DNA of 64,000 bases, from NCBI GenBank assembly GCA_965219575.1, contig OZ244779.1, positions 2,284,769-2,348,768 on the forward strand, written 5' to 3'. The notes beneath the pieces were generated by a model. It saw only the letters and a program-made list of their open reading frames with translations. It ran no database searches and was not told where the DNA came from. This DNA is from Candidatus Oxydemutatoraceae bacterium (GTDB taxonomy: Bacteria; Pseudomonadota; Gammaproteobacteria; Poriferisulfidales; Oxydemutatoraceae). The translations under genes and the position numbers were made by a program. This document shows, piece by piece, positions 51,652 to 61,790 of this stretch (positions are counted from its first letter, which is position 1; each line of letters starts with the position of its first letter).

Positions 51652-53175
51652 TTATACACGCAATAATTTATCCAGAGTTCTGTACGCAATCGCCTCCAGC
51701 AAGTGGGGTTCTTCTATTGCTTCGCTAGTCGTTAGATCGGCAATCGTTCTGGCGACCCTCAGAATCCGGTAATACGCGCGGGCCGATAATTCCATTTTAT
51801 CTATAAAACGCGTCAATAATTTTTGTTCCGCTTGCTTGAGCTTGCAGAAATGGTCTATCTCTTTACCTTCCAATAGCGCATTGTTCTTGCCTTGCCTCTG
51901 TAATTGCCTTTGCCAAGCCGATAATACACGCGCCTGTATCACCGCACTGGTTTCACCGCGTGATGTGATCCGATTCAGCTTGCTCCATTGGATACGCGGC
52001 ACGCGTATATGTAAATCTATACGATCCAACATAGGAGACGAAAGTCTACGATAATAATGTATGAGCCGCTGCTCGCTACAGTTGCAGCGACCGTATTCAT
52101 CTACATCGGAGCCGTCGGGGCAAGGGTTCATTGCTGCGATGAGTTGAAAACGAGCGGGATATGTTACGCTTAAAGATGCACGGGCCAGGTTGATTGTACC
52201 GGTCTCTATAGGTTCGCGTAAGCCGTCTATGGCTTGACGACTGAACTCGGTCAACTCGTCCAAAAAAAGAACTCCGTTGTGTGCTTTGGATATTTCGCCC
52301 GGTTTGGGATGCGTGCCGCCACCGAGCAAAGCAGCTGCCGACGCGCTGTGATGCGGCGAGCGAAACGGTCGGAGATAAAAATTATTCGGTGTTAATGCCT
52401 CTGCCCCCAACGACATAATGGATGCGGTTTCTATTGCTTCATTTTTGTTCATCAACGGCAAAATAGTCGGGAAACGTTGCGCCAACATCGTCTTGCCACT
52501 ACCGGGAGACCCCATCATCAAGCAGTGATGACGACCGCTCGCAGCAATTTCCAATGCCCGTACGGCGTGACCTTGTGCGCGCACTTCGGACATATCACCG
52601 ACATCAACTATCGTTGTGGCTTCCTTCAAAGGCGATACCGGTTTCGGTTCATTGAGTTCGCTCAACCAGCGATACACTTCGATTAAATGCTCGGCACAAT
52701 AGATTTGAGCCTGCGGCTGCGCGGATAAAATCAAGCCTGCTTCTCTTTCATTGGCATGAGAGATAACCAATCGTCGCTTTGCTTTGATGGCAGCGAGGAT
52801 GATCGGAATAACACCTTTTACCGATAGCAGTTCACCGCTTAAACTGAGTTCGGATAAAAACTCGTAGCCGACTAGTTTCTCATGCGCTAACTGACCGCTC
52901 GCAGCCAATATGCCCAGCGCGATAGGCAGATCGAAACGCCCACCCTCTTTGGGTAAATCGGCCGGAGACAAATTAACCGTGACCCGTTGCTGAGGAAATT
53001 TGAATTGATTATGCGACAGTGCGGCACGAACCCGATACTGGCTTTCTTTAACCACCGTTTCGGGTAAGCCTACGATATGCATGCGCGGAAGTCCCGAAGC
53101 GATGAATACTTCTACCTTCACCGCGATCGCTTCAATTCCGCTACAGGTTCTGCTATGTACGATTGCAAGGCGCAT
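51652..53175 (-). CDS. comM: YifB/ComM Mg-chelatase-like AAA+ ATPase
   Basis: IVGLPE, NLSPADLPKEGGRFDLPIA, GSPGSGKT, PFRSPHH; ATG at 53175 preferred. Confidence 0.94.
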   Translation of the reverse strand: MRLAIVHSRTCSGIEAIAVKVEVFIASGLPRMHIVGLPETVVKESQYRVRAALSHNQFKFPQQRVTVNLSPADLPKEGGRFDLPIALGILAASGQLAHEKLVGYEFLSELSLSGELLSVKGVIPIILAAIKAKRRLVISHANEREAGLILSAQPQAQIYCAEHLIEVYRWLSELNEPKPVSPLKEATTIVDVGDMSEVRAQGHAVRALEIAASGRHHCLMMGSPGSGKTMLAQRFPTILPLMNKNEAIETASIMSLGAEALTPNNFYLRPFRSPHHSASAAALLGGGTHPKPGEISKAHNGVLFLDELTEFSRQAIDGLREPIETGTINLARASLSVTYPARFQLIAAMNPCPDGSDVDEYGRCNCSEQRLIHYYRRLSSPMLDRIDLHIRVPRIQWSKLNRITSRGETSAVIQARVLSAWQRQLQRQGKNNALLEGKEIDHFCKLKQAEQKLLTRFIDKMELSARAYYRILRVARTIADLTTSEAIEEPHLLEAIAYRTLDKLLRV

Positions 53176-53312
53176 CAAATTATTCTCCATCAATGCACTA
53201 GAATAATTTGAAGTCACGGCAATGGCCGTTATTTCCGATAAAATCGCCCGATTAACCGACGAACGACAAAACAACGATGTAAATTATAAAATTTAGGGGC
53301 ACCCATCATAAT

Positions 53313-53392
53313 TGCCGATTGACCTACTGGCTCAATCGGCGGCTCTATATTGCCGATTGACCCGTCGGGCGGACATGCCAGTCCACCCCTAC
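53313..53392. repeat. R3 hairpin, partial R3 and R1 REP
   Basis: tgccgattgacctactggctcaatcggc; tgccgattgaccc; gggcggacatgccagtccacccctac. Confidence 0.8.
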
Positions 53393-53442
53393 GTAGGTAA
53401 ACATAAATTGGGTTGGTAAATATTATATGATGCTTGACGACA

Positions 53443-53676
53443 CTACCGTTCGGCTTCGGCAATCCGTTTTTCTAAGTCTTCAACTTGTTTGAGTAAGCGA
53501 TGCAGCAACGCAACTTGCGCGTCGTATTCTTCACGACTGACTAGATTCATCTTTTTGATCAGTGCTTCCAACCCCAGCCGTATGCCCTGCTCTACTTCTT
53601 TGCGTGCATCGCCGACGAAAGGTGGCAAACCTTTTATAATCTCCTGCACCAGTTGATTGATCTCTTCCTTTTTCAT
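53443..53676 (-). CDS. ubiK: Ubiquinone biosynthesis accessory factor (BMFP/YqiC)
   Basis: KMNLVSREEYDAQ..LL; upstream of comM. Confidence 0.88.
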   Translation of the reverse strand: MKKEEINQLVQEIIKGLPPFVGDARKEVEQGIRLGLEALIKKMNLVSREEYDAQVALLHRLLKQVEDLEKRIAEAER

Positions 53677-53721
53677 GGATTATCGTGGTTATTTATTTTG
53701 CGTATAGCTTGCCGGGTCTAA

Positions 53722-54813
53722 TCAATGCCGAGTGCTCGAAAAATCAATCATTCTTTGGGTTGAGCGCAACGCTTTGCGACGTATTGTCTCGGGAACTTTG
53801 ACCTCATTATCAAGTTTATCCAGGGTTTGTTCTAGATTATCCAATCCGTTCATCGCCATCCACGGACAGTGTGCGCAGCTTTTGCAGGTTGCGCCTTCCC
53901 CTGCGGTTGGGGCTTCGATAAATTCTTTATTTTTCGCAAGTTGTCTCATCTTATAGAAAATGCGGTTGTCGGTTGCAACGATAAAACGCTTATTCGGCAA
54001 TTCCACGGCAGCCTTGATCAACGCACTGGTAGAACCGACCGCATCGGCTATGTCGATCACCGCCTCGGGAGATTCCGGATGCACAAGTACCGCAGCGTCG
54101 GGATAACGCGCTTTTAACTCTAATACACCGCTATACTTAAACTCCTCATGCACCACGCAGCTACCTTGCCACAACAACATGTCGGCACCGCTTACCTTTT
54201 CGATATAACGACCTAAATACCTATCGGGTGCCCAAATAATTTTCTCGTCCCGATCCATTAAATGAGAGATAATCTGCACTGCGTTGCTGGAGGTGACCAC
54301 CCAATCGGCAAGTGCCTTGACCTCGGCGCTCGTGTTCGCATAAACAACGACTACCCGCTCCGGATGTTGCTTACAAAACGACGCGAATTGATCGGCAGGG
54401 CAACTCAAATCCAACGAACAAGTGGCTTCAAGCGTAGGCATCAACACTCGTTTTTCGGGGTTGAGAATCTTTGCGGTTTCACCCATGAAACGGACACCCG
54501 CAACAACCAAGGTTTGGGATTCGGTATTTTGACCGAATTTTGCCATCTCCAAAGAATCTCCGACAAAACCACCCGTTTTCTCGGCCAATTCCTGTATGTC
54601 TTCGTGTACGTAATAATGGGCAATCAAAGTCGCATTTAGCTTGCGAAGTTTCTCGGCGATATATACGAGTCTCAATTCCCGTTCGCGACCGTGATATTCG
54701 GGTACGAGCGTACATACATCGGCGGTTATCGGGGCTTTAACCGCAACCGCTTCGGGCATATACCGTATTGTTTGTGATTCAGCAGAAATCATAATTTCGT
54801 ATTTCCATGGCAA
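53722..54813 (-). CDS. nadA: Quinolinate synthase
   Basis: [29 protein letters not shown]; start uncertain. Confidence 0.96.
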   Translation of the reverse strand: MPWKYEIMISAESQTIRYMPEAVAVKAPITADVCTLVPEYHGRERELRLVYIAEKLRKLNATLIAHYYVHEDIQELAEKTGGFVGDSLEMAKFGQNTESQTLVVAGVRFMGETAKILNPEKRVLMPTLEATCSLDLSCPADQFASFCKQHPERVVVVYANTSAEVKALADWVVTSSNAVQIISHLMDRDEKIIWAPDRYLGRYIEKVSGADMLLWQGSCVVHEEFKYSGVLELKARYPDAAVLVHPESPEAVIDIADAVGSTSALIKAAVELPNKRFIVATDNRIFYKMRQLAKNKEFIEAPTAGEGATCKSCAHCPWMAMNGLDNLEQTLDKLDNEVKVPETIRRKALRSTQRMIDFSSTRH

Positions 54814-54871
54814 TTAGTTATCGGGGGATCGTTGTACATAATAACATATCATGGTGCAGAGATACACAGAA

Positions 54872-55384
54872 CTAACCGGCACGACCGGTTGTGCGCAAAG
54901 GAATAGCTCTTTGAGTTACGGTCTGCTCTTTGCCCGATAATGCCTGCCATTCGAGTTTTATCAAAAAATACCGTCCCGAACGATTGATAGTCAATTTTCC
55001 TTGAGGAAACAGCGGCTTTGTGATACCGAACCGCCGACACTGTGCGGATTTTATTGCCGTCTTGCAGCCCCATAAAGCCAACTGAAAGCCGGCGAACTCC
55101 CGAGGGTTGCATGTCTTCGAGAAACAGTCAGAAGCACCGACACCGGAATTACCGCTACTTAGATAGTATTCGGCGTGCGGACTGGCGTATAGCACTGCGG
55201 AAATTTCGTCCAACAACAGGCGCGCTTGTAATAAGCGTATCAGTTCTCTCTCGGTGGACAAATTTTTCTGTTGTAACTGCGCAAATCCCAATAATGCGAT
55301 AACCGAGATCGCCAAGGCAAGCAAAAGTTCTATCAAGCTAAACCCCGAGCATGCGAACCGACGATGAGAACGAGAGTATCGCAT
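54872..55384 (-). CDS. PilV-like type IV minor pilin
   Basis: Prepilin motif G-FSLIELL. Confidence 0.8.
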   Translation of the reverse strand: MRYSRSHRRFACSGFSLIELLLALAISVIALLGFAQLQQKNLSTERELIRLLQARLLLDEISAVLYASPHAEYYLSSGNSGVGASDCFSKTCNPREFAGFQLALWGCKTAIKSAQCRRFGITKPLFPQGKLTINRSGRYFLIKLEWQALSGKEQTVTQRAIPLRTTGRAG

Positions 55385-55387
55385 CGT

Positions 55388-55942
55388 TCAAGACGAGCAG
55401 TCGCCGACATCGGGCGGCAGACCATCGTTTTGATATTGCACCAAACGCACTCTGCCGCTTTGACTGATGACAAGCTCCGAAATCGCTTGCGTTGACGACC
55501 CCGAACAAAGGATAAAACGTCCGTTGTAATTCGCTTTGCCGAAACGATTATAAGTAATGAACCGTGAAAAAGTTTTCGAGCGTATGACAATGTCTCGGGT
55601 GTCGCCTTGTTGCACCATCAGGAGACGCTCATTGCGATCCAATTTTCCATTGACAGAATCGGGATGCTCGATAAAAACAAGCCAGCCTTTTTCGTAAGAT
55701 ATCCCCGAACAACGCGCACCATCCTCACTACTGCAAATCGTAGTCGCACTGCCGCTGACCGTCGCATAGCTACGCGCAAACTCTAAGGCTTCCCAAAACC
55801 GATGCGTATAATGCATGAATCTATTCTGCTTAACCCAGTAAGCAGGCAATGCTAAAACCGAGACCAACAACAAACCGCTAATCGCCAGTGTAAGCAACAA
55901 CTCGATCAATGTGAAACCCGCAGTCGTATTTTTCCTATCCAT
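55388..55942 (-). CDS. FimT/GspH-like minor pilin
   Basis: G-FTLIELL, ARSYA, GWLVF, SQSGRVR. Confidence 0.87.
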   Translation of the reverse strand: MDRKNTTAGFTLIELLLTLAISGLLLVSVLALPAYWVKQNRFMHYTHRFWEALEFARSYATVSGSATTICSSEDGARCSGISYEKGWLVFIEHPDSVNGKLDRNERLLMVQQGDTRDIVIRSKTFSRFITYNRFGKANYNGRFILCSGSSTQAISELVISQSGRVRLVQYQNDGLPPDVGDCSS

Positions 55943-56045
55943 GTTGCCATATTAGACAACGCGGATAGACAAAAAAAATTTATCCGACCAACAAGCCTAA
56001 ATAAGCGATAAACAAGATTGGAAGCAAATTGCTAGGAATACTATC

Positions 56046-56229
56046 ACTGTACTTGTGCAGAATGCGCGGCAACCACCCCGTCAGGCTAACGCCTGCCACC
56101 CCTCCACAGGAGGGGAATGTACCGATACTGTACCTTGTGCAGAATGCGCGGCAACCACCCCGTCAGGCTAACGCCTGCCGCCATAAGGGCAGACATGCCA
56201 GTCCGCCCCTACAAGGAGGGGAATGTACC
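56046..56229 (+). repeat. Tandem pair of ~80-bp R2-containing units; the second carries a REP insertion
   Basis: actgtac(c)ttgtgcagaatgcgcggcaaccaccccgtcaggctaacgcctgcc...ggaggggaatgtacc x2. Confidence 0.88.
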
Positions 56230-56234
56230 ATTAG

Positions 56235-57275
56235 TTATTTAACTTCAATTTTTCCCGAGTCTAGATTACTCAAGATGCCGATGGGGGCTGCTCGTTCAAA
56301 ACCTTTTGCAAAGAATAAGTTCATTACTTTCGGTATAGCCGCCGGTGCGCAAGCAATGAGTAGACCGCCGTTGGTTTGAGGATCGCTTAGCAGGGTTTTG
56401 ATTTTTTTTGCTTTAGCCGATAAATCTACATCACGACGGCAATGTTCCCAGTTACGAGTGCCTGCTCCGGTGCTAACACCGTTCGCTGCCAAATCTACGG
56501 CTTGTTCAATCAACGGGATATTATTGATAATGATTGAGGCTCGCAGTTTTGACGCTCGGCACATCTCCAGTAAATGGCATAATAATCCGAACCCGGTGAC
56601 ATCGGTCATCGCATGCACCGACCTTAGCTTTGCGAGTTCGACACCTACATCGTTCAGTTGGCTTGCATGCTTTATCAAGGTTTTGTAGCCTGCTTGATCG
56701 AGTTTGTTTTGTTTATAAGCAGCTGCCAATACGCCGATGCCCAGCGGCTTGCTCAATAGCAAGACGTCGCCGGATCGTGCCGTGTTGTTCCGCTTAATAT
56801 GACTAGAATGCACCAAACCACAAACCGAGAGACCGTAGAAAGGTTCCCGACAGTCTATAGAGTGTCCGCCGGCCACCGCAACACCGGCATGATTACAGCT
56901 TGCACTACCACCCTCTAATATTTGTGCTATCACCTCCGTTGCCACTTTATCGGTCGGCATACCGAGTATGTTTAATGCCAAAAACGGTTTTCCACCCATC
57001 GCATAAACATCGGACAATGCATTGGCAGCGGCAATGCAACCGAAATCAAAAGGATTGTCTACCAGAGGTGCAAAGAAATCGGTTGTCGCAATCAATGCTT
57101 GTTTGGAATTAAGTTCATAGAGGGCTGCGTCGTCGAGAGTATTGCGACCCGAAATGAGTTGCGAGTCGGATAAGGCAGGGATATTTTCCAGCAATTTCCC
57201 GAGTATATCCGGGGAAATTTTGCATCCACATCCGCCGCCGTGAGATAATGCGGTTAATTTGAAGTTTTGAGTCAT
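56235..57275 (-). CDS. selD: Selenophosphate synthetase (Cys form)
   Basis: HGGGCGCKI, TTDFF, DVTGFGL, DPQTNGGLL. Confidence 0.97.
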   Translation of the reverse strand: MTQNFKLTALSHGGGCGCKISPDILGKLLENIPALSDSQLISGRNTLDDAALYELNSKQALIATTDFFAPLVDNPFDFGCIAAANALSDVYAMGGKPFLALNILGMPTDKVATEVIAQILEGGSASCNHAGVAVAGGHSIDCREPFYGLSVCGLVHSSHIKRNNTARSGDVLLLSKPLGIGVLAAAYKQNKLDQAGYKTLIKHASQLNDVGVELAKLRSVHAMTDVTGFGLLCHLLEMCRASKLRASIIINNIPLIEQAVDLAANGVSTGAGTRNWEHCRRDVDLSAKAKKIKTLLSDPQTNGGLLIACAPAAIPKVMNLFFAKGFERAAPIGILSNLDSGKIEVK

Positions 57276-58326
57276 GTTTAAGCTAGCAGAAAATTGGACC
57301 TTAGATCATCTTGTGCGTTTTGACGACATCTTAGATGTGCGCTCACCTGCAGAGTACGAACTCGACCATATGCCTCAAGCACTTAATTTTCCGGTGCTGG
57401 ACGATGAAGAACGTTCACGCATAGGCACATTATATAAAAAAGTCTCCGGTTTTGAGGCTAAAAAGCGAGGTGCCGCTTTGGTGGCATCGCATATCGCATC
57501 GCACATAGAAAAGCATCTTGCCGACAAAGCCGAGAGCTGGCAACCTTTAGTGTATTGTTGGCGCGGTGGCACCCGTAGCGCAGCGATGGTTCAAGTCCTA
57601 AACGACATAGGCTGGCAAGCGCAACAGCTACCCGGTGGCTACAAAGCGTATCGGCGTAGGGTGATAGAAACATCCGCCGAACTTGCTCCTCGATTACGCT
57701 TTATAGTATTATGCGGAAAAACGGGTGTCGGCAAAACACGATTGCTAGAGGCTTTGCGTAAGCATGGAAAACAAGTACTGGACTTGGAAAAAATCGCAAA
57801 CCACAAAGGTTCGGTACTCGGTGAACCAACGGAGGGAGAACAACCCTCGCAGAAAGGTTTTGAAAGCACGTTGTGTCATACGATAAGGGCCTTAGACCTT
57901 GAGCAAGCCGTTTATGTGGAAGCAGAGAGTCCTAAGATTGGGCGCATCCAAATTCCGACGGTTCTACTCGATGCGATGCACTGCGGCCGATGTCTACATA
58001 TAGAAGCGACACGCTCTGCACGGGTGGCTTTTCTATGCGAGGAGTACCAGCATTTTCTGCAAGATCCGGAATTATTCGAATCGGCAATATCACGATTGAC
58101 GGTTCATGTGGGCAAGAAAAAAATAGCGCATTGGTTGTCCTTACATAAAGCAAAAAAAATGACAGCATTAGTAGAAGACTTGCTGGTCTCGCATTACGAC
58201 CCTTTTTATACACGTTCTACGAATAAACATTTTAAGCATTATCAGAATACCGGTACTACGATACAGCTCAACGACATAGACGAAGAGAACCTCAACAAAG
58301 CTGTTACCGATATTGAACAAATATAG
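57274..58326 (+). CDS. mnmH: tRNA 2-selenouridine synthase
   Basis: Rhodanese DVRSPAEY and YCWRGG.RS; P-loop GKTGVGKT; QPSQK.FE. Confidence 0.95.
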   Translation: MFKLAENWTLDHLVRFDDILDVRSPAEYELDHMPQALNFPVLDDEERSRIGTLYKKVSGFEAKKRGAALVASHIASHIEKHLADKAESWQPLVYCWRGGTRSAAMVQVLNDIGWQAQQLPGGYKAYRRRVIETSAELAPRLRFIVLCGKTGVGKTRLLEALRKHGKQVLDLEKIANHKGSVLGEPTEGEQPSQKGFESTLCHTIRALDLEQAVYVEAESPKIGRIQIPTVLLDAMHCGRCLHIEATRSARVAFLCEEYQHFLQDPELFESAISRLTVHVGKKKIAHWLSLHKAKKMTALVEDLLVSHYDPFYTRSTNKHFKHYQNTGTTIQLNDIDEENLNKAVTDIEQI

Positions 58327-58397
58327 GTTGCAGATATAGTAAAATAATTTTAACTATTTAATATATCTTTAATTCCTAAAATTAAAAAATATAAGTA

Positions 58398-59315
58398 ATG
58401 TCTTATCCTCCTATTTATATCATCAACTTGAAGCGTACTCCGGAAAGGAAATTATCTATGCAAAGACGGCTTGATGCCTTTAATCTAAACTATAAATTTG
58501 TAGAGGCGATTGATAGATACGATTTAAGGTCTAAAGAGGATCGCTCAATCACTGCCTATCAACTGGGCATTGACACAAACAATATGGAAACCTTATACGA
58601 TTATTGTAACGATTTCGGTGCTTTAGCTTGTTTGTTAAGCCATGTTAAAGTCTATAATTTAATCATAGAAAATAATATTCCATGTACTTGTGTGTTAGAA
58701 GATGATGCTTATCTATTACCTGCCTTTCCCAAGATATTAATAGCCGCGCAGCAGATATCCTGGGAGGTTTTAATGCTTTCTAGTCAATCAGTTTATGCTC
58801 GGAAAATATTATTGTCTCCCCCTTGCGGTTTCCCTAAATTAATATGCTATAAAAAATATTATCCTGCATTAAATCTCTTTACTGCTCCTATCATAGCCTT
58901 AAAATTCATAAAGTTTCTTATATTGAAATTTATACTGCGACATAAGAATAGACTCTCAAAGCATAAATACATTAAAAAAAGAACTCTCTCAGAATCTCTA
59001 CTGTGGTATGTGGCATGTGAAATAGGTGCGATACCTAATCAAGATAGACATTCATGGCATAAAGTCGCTCCTAATCACTACATTACTACACCGTCGTTAC
59101 AACCAGATGTAACTTCAGGCATGGCTTATATGCTGACTCGATCGGCAGCAATTAAATGGAAACAGGCAATACTTTCTGATAGAACGCACGCTATAACGCA
59201 TGCTATAGATCTTGTGCCTTATCAGTTGTACAGAAAAAAAACCTTAAACCTTTATATTGTTACTCCACCCTGTGTTAAGGCTATATATCAGTATTTAGTA
59301 AATAGCAGTAATTGA
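58398..59315 (+). CDS. Glycosyltransferase family 25 (LPS/LOS), copy A
   Basis: IYIINL.R..ER, AC.LSH, VLEDDA; AT-rich. Confidence 0.88.
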   Translation: MSYPPIYIINLKRTPERKLSMQRRLDAFNLNYKFVEAIDRYDLRSKEDRSITAYQLGIDTNNMETLYDYCNDFGALACLLSHVKVYNLIIENNIPCTCVLEDDAYLLPAFPKILIAAQQISWEVLMLSSQSVYARKILLSPPCGFPKLICYKKYYPALNLFTAPIIALKFIKFLILKFILRHKNRLSKHKYIKKRTLSESLLWYVACEIGAIPNQDRHSWHKVAPNHYITTPSLQPDVTSGMAYMLTRSAAIKWKQAILSDRTHAITHAIDLVPYQLYRKKTLNLYIVTPPCVKAIYQYLVNSSN

Positions 59316-59661
59316 GGCTGTCGGACTGGATTTTGGTCCTCTTCTAAAAAGTAGACAAAACTAAGCTTCTATGTTTTTTCAGGCATAAACCGCCGTCGCT
59401 AAACACAAAAACTTTCCTCTGCCATTCCTTAAGATATATTAAACAACTTTTGACCTTCCCCAAAAAAACACAGCGCATTGGGTTATCAAGCCCCAAGTGT
59501 ATTTGCGGAGGCTATAGCATGAAAACTAACTTTGTAGATGGTAATAAAAATAGGAATTATATACTTAAATACATAACTGATTAATGAAAGCTATATAACT
59601 CAAGGGTTATTTAAGGTTTTATTTATTTTAATTTTGTGACACAATGATACATAAATAACCT

Positions 59662-60621
59662 ATGGAGATAAACATGAAAAGACGAGCTAAAACAATCGGC
59701 ATACTAGAGTTGCAAAAGATGTTTTCCACTGAATACAAAGCGAGTAAATGGTTTGAAGCTGTGCGTTGGAACGGCACCCCAGTATGTCCTAAATGCAATG
59801 CAGAGGATAACATAGTTAAGCGCAGAGATAAGCAACACCAGCACGCTTATTGCTGTAATTCGTGTAGTCCACAATACACATTTACGGTCAAAACTGGGAC
59901 GCTAATGCATGCTTCAAAATTGCCTTTAGCAAAATGGGCGATTGTTTGTTATTTAATTCTAACGGCGCGTAAAGGTGTATCGTCTTTACAGCTATCAAAG
60001 GAATTAAGCATTACTCAAAAGTCGGCTTGGTTTATGCTACAGCGTGTCCGTGAGGCATGCCAGCAAGGTGCTTTTAAGCTATCGGGTTCAGTGGAAATAG
60101 ACGAAACCTATATTGGTGGTAAGGAAAGGAACAAGCACGAGAACAAGCAGTTGAAATCTGGCCGAGGTGTCGTTGGGAAATCTATCATACTCGGCATGCG
60201 CGAGAGATGCGGTAGAACTAAAGCGATGCCAGTTGCAAACACCAAGCAACCTACACTACACAGAGCAATAACTAGCAATGTAGAAATCGGTAGCCAATTA
60301 TATACTGATGAACATTCAGGTTATTTGAGTGTCAGTGGTATGCTCTACAAACATGATACAGTCAATCATTTGGCGAAGGAATATGTCAATGGCATGACAC
60401 ATACCAACGGCATAGAAAGCGTATGGGCTTTGCTTAAGCGCGGATTAAGCGGAACTTATCATCATGTCAGCATAAAGCATTTGCCGAGATATGTAGATGA
60501 GTTTTCTTTTAGATTGAACAAAGGAAACTGTCAAGTAGATACCCTAGAGCGCATGGCAGCACTAGCTAAAGGCTTTTTGGGTAAGCGATTAAGTTATAAA
60601 GAACTCACCGACAGTAATTAA
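59662..60621 (+). CDS. IS1595 transposase
   Basis: Zn ribbon CPKC..CNSC, EIDETY, TDE, HTNGIESVW. Confidence 0.95.
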   Translation: MEINMKRRAKTIGILELQKMFSTEYKASKWFEAVRWNGTPVCPKCNAEDNIVKRRDKQHQHAYCCNSCSPQYTFTVKTGTLMHASKLPLAKWAIVCYLILTARKGVSSLQLSKELSITQKSAWFMLQRVREACQQGAFKLSGSVEIDETYIGGKERNKHENKQLKSGRGVVGKSIILGMRERCGRTKAMPVANTKQPTLHRAITSNVEIGSQLYTDEHSGYLSVSGMLYKHDTVNHLAKEYVNGMTHTNGIESVWALLKRGLSGTYHHVSIKHLPRYVDEFSFRLNKGNCQVDTLERMAALAKGFLGKRLSYKELTDSN

Positions 60622-60714
60622 AGTGGATAGCTTGGAGCGGTTTCATAACACAGCTGCAATCGCCAACAAGTATGTTGCCAGCGTTGTCAAGTGAAGTAAG
60701 CGAAAGTTTAAGAA

Positions 60715-60873
60715 ATGAACCCTAAAGATCATAAACCAATAAACGAAAGGGATTTTAAGGAAGCTATAAAAGAGGTGTTGCTAAAGCCTACCCCTAATCG
60801 CACAAAGTATCAGAACAAAAACCCCACAAATAAGGAGCTAAATACTCGCTTTAAGCTAGAAAAGCGAGAGTGA
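60715..60873 (+). CDS. 52-aa basic passenger ORF inside IS1595
   Basis: MNPKDHKPINERDFKEAIKEVLL...RFKLEKRE*, ending just before the right TIR. Confidence 0.5.
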   Translation: MNPKDHKPINERDFKEAIKEVLLKPTPNRTKYQNKNPTNKELNTRFKLEKRE

Positions 60874-60920
60874 TTTATGTATTTAAGTATATAATTCCCA
60901 TAAAAATGGGGTAACGTCAC

Positions 60921-61718
60921 GAGCGAGATGATATGCGTTTTGTGGAGGATAATTGGGAGTCACCGACATTGGGGGCTTGGGGTCTGGGTTGGGAGGTATG
61001 GCTCAACGGCATGGAGATCGGTCAATTCACTTATTTCCAACAAATGGGCGGGGTAGAATGTGCGCCGGTTGCGGGCGAGATTACATACGGCATCGAGCGT
61101 CTTGCGATGAGCTTGCAACAAATAGATAATACTTTCGATTTGCTGTGGGCAAACTACGATCACGCAAAGCTATATTATCGTGATTTATTTTATCAAAACG
61201 AAAAGCAACAATCGGTTTACAATTTCGACAAGGCAAATGTGTCACAGTTGAAGCGACAATTTGACGAAAAAGAGCAAGAGTGCATGCAGTTGATAGAAAA
61301 GGCGTTGGTGTTGCCCGCTTACGAGCAAGCCGTTATGGCCTCTCATTTTTTCGACCTACTCGATGCGATGCACTGCGGCCGATGTCTACATATGGAAGCG
61401 ACACGCTCTGCACGGGTGGCTTTTCTATGCGAGGAATATCGGCATTTTCTGCAAAACTCGGAATTATTCGAATCGGCAATATCACGATTGACGGTTCATG
61501 TGGGCAAGAAAAAAATAGCGCATTGGTTGTCCTTACATAAAGCAAAAAAAATGACGGCATTAGTAGAAGACTTGCTGGTCTCGCATTACGACCCCTTTTA
61601 TACACGTTCTACGAATAAACATTTTAAGCATTATCAGAATACCGGTACTACGATACAGCTCAACGGCATAGACGAAGAGAACCTCAACAAAGCTATTGCC
61701 GATATTAAGGAAATGTAG
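60921..61718 (+). pseudogene. In-frame glyQ'::'mnmH chimera at a duplication junction
   Basis: 60921..61366 matches glyQ 63246..63691; 61356..61718 matches mnmH 57964..58326; shared microhomology ctactcga(t/c)gc. Confidence 0.92.
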
Positions 61719-61790
61719 ATTGTAAATATGAAAAAATGTTTCAGGATGTTTATAATGTATCCTTAATTACTAAAACTTAAAGAGAACCAA

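Larger units (their letters stand above)
59552..60899 (+). mobile_element. Complete IS1595-family insertion sequence
   Basis: 24-bp perfect TIR ggaattatatacttaaatacataa (59553..59576, 60875..60898); 8-bp TSD ATAAAAAT at 59544..59551 and 60900..60907. Confidence 0.95.

Noticed and set aside
51652-53175. Island integration into comM
   Set aside because: comM is uninterrupted and no integrase or att duplication is seen next to the adjacent RM pair
53176-53274. N-terminal extension of comM in the ORF track
   Set aside because: Family similarity starts at MRLAIVHSR (53175)
56235-57275. Selenocysteine recoding in selD
   Set aside because: The active-site motif is GCGCK with Cys codons and no in-frame TGA
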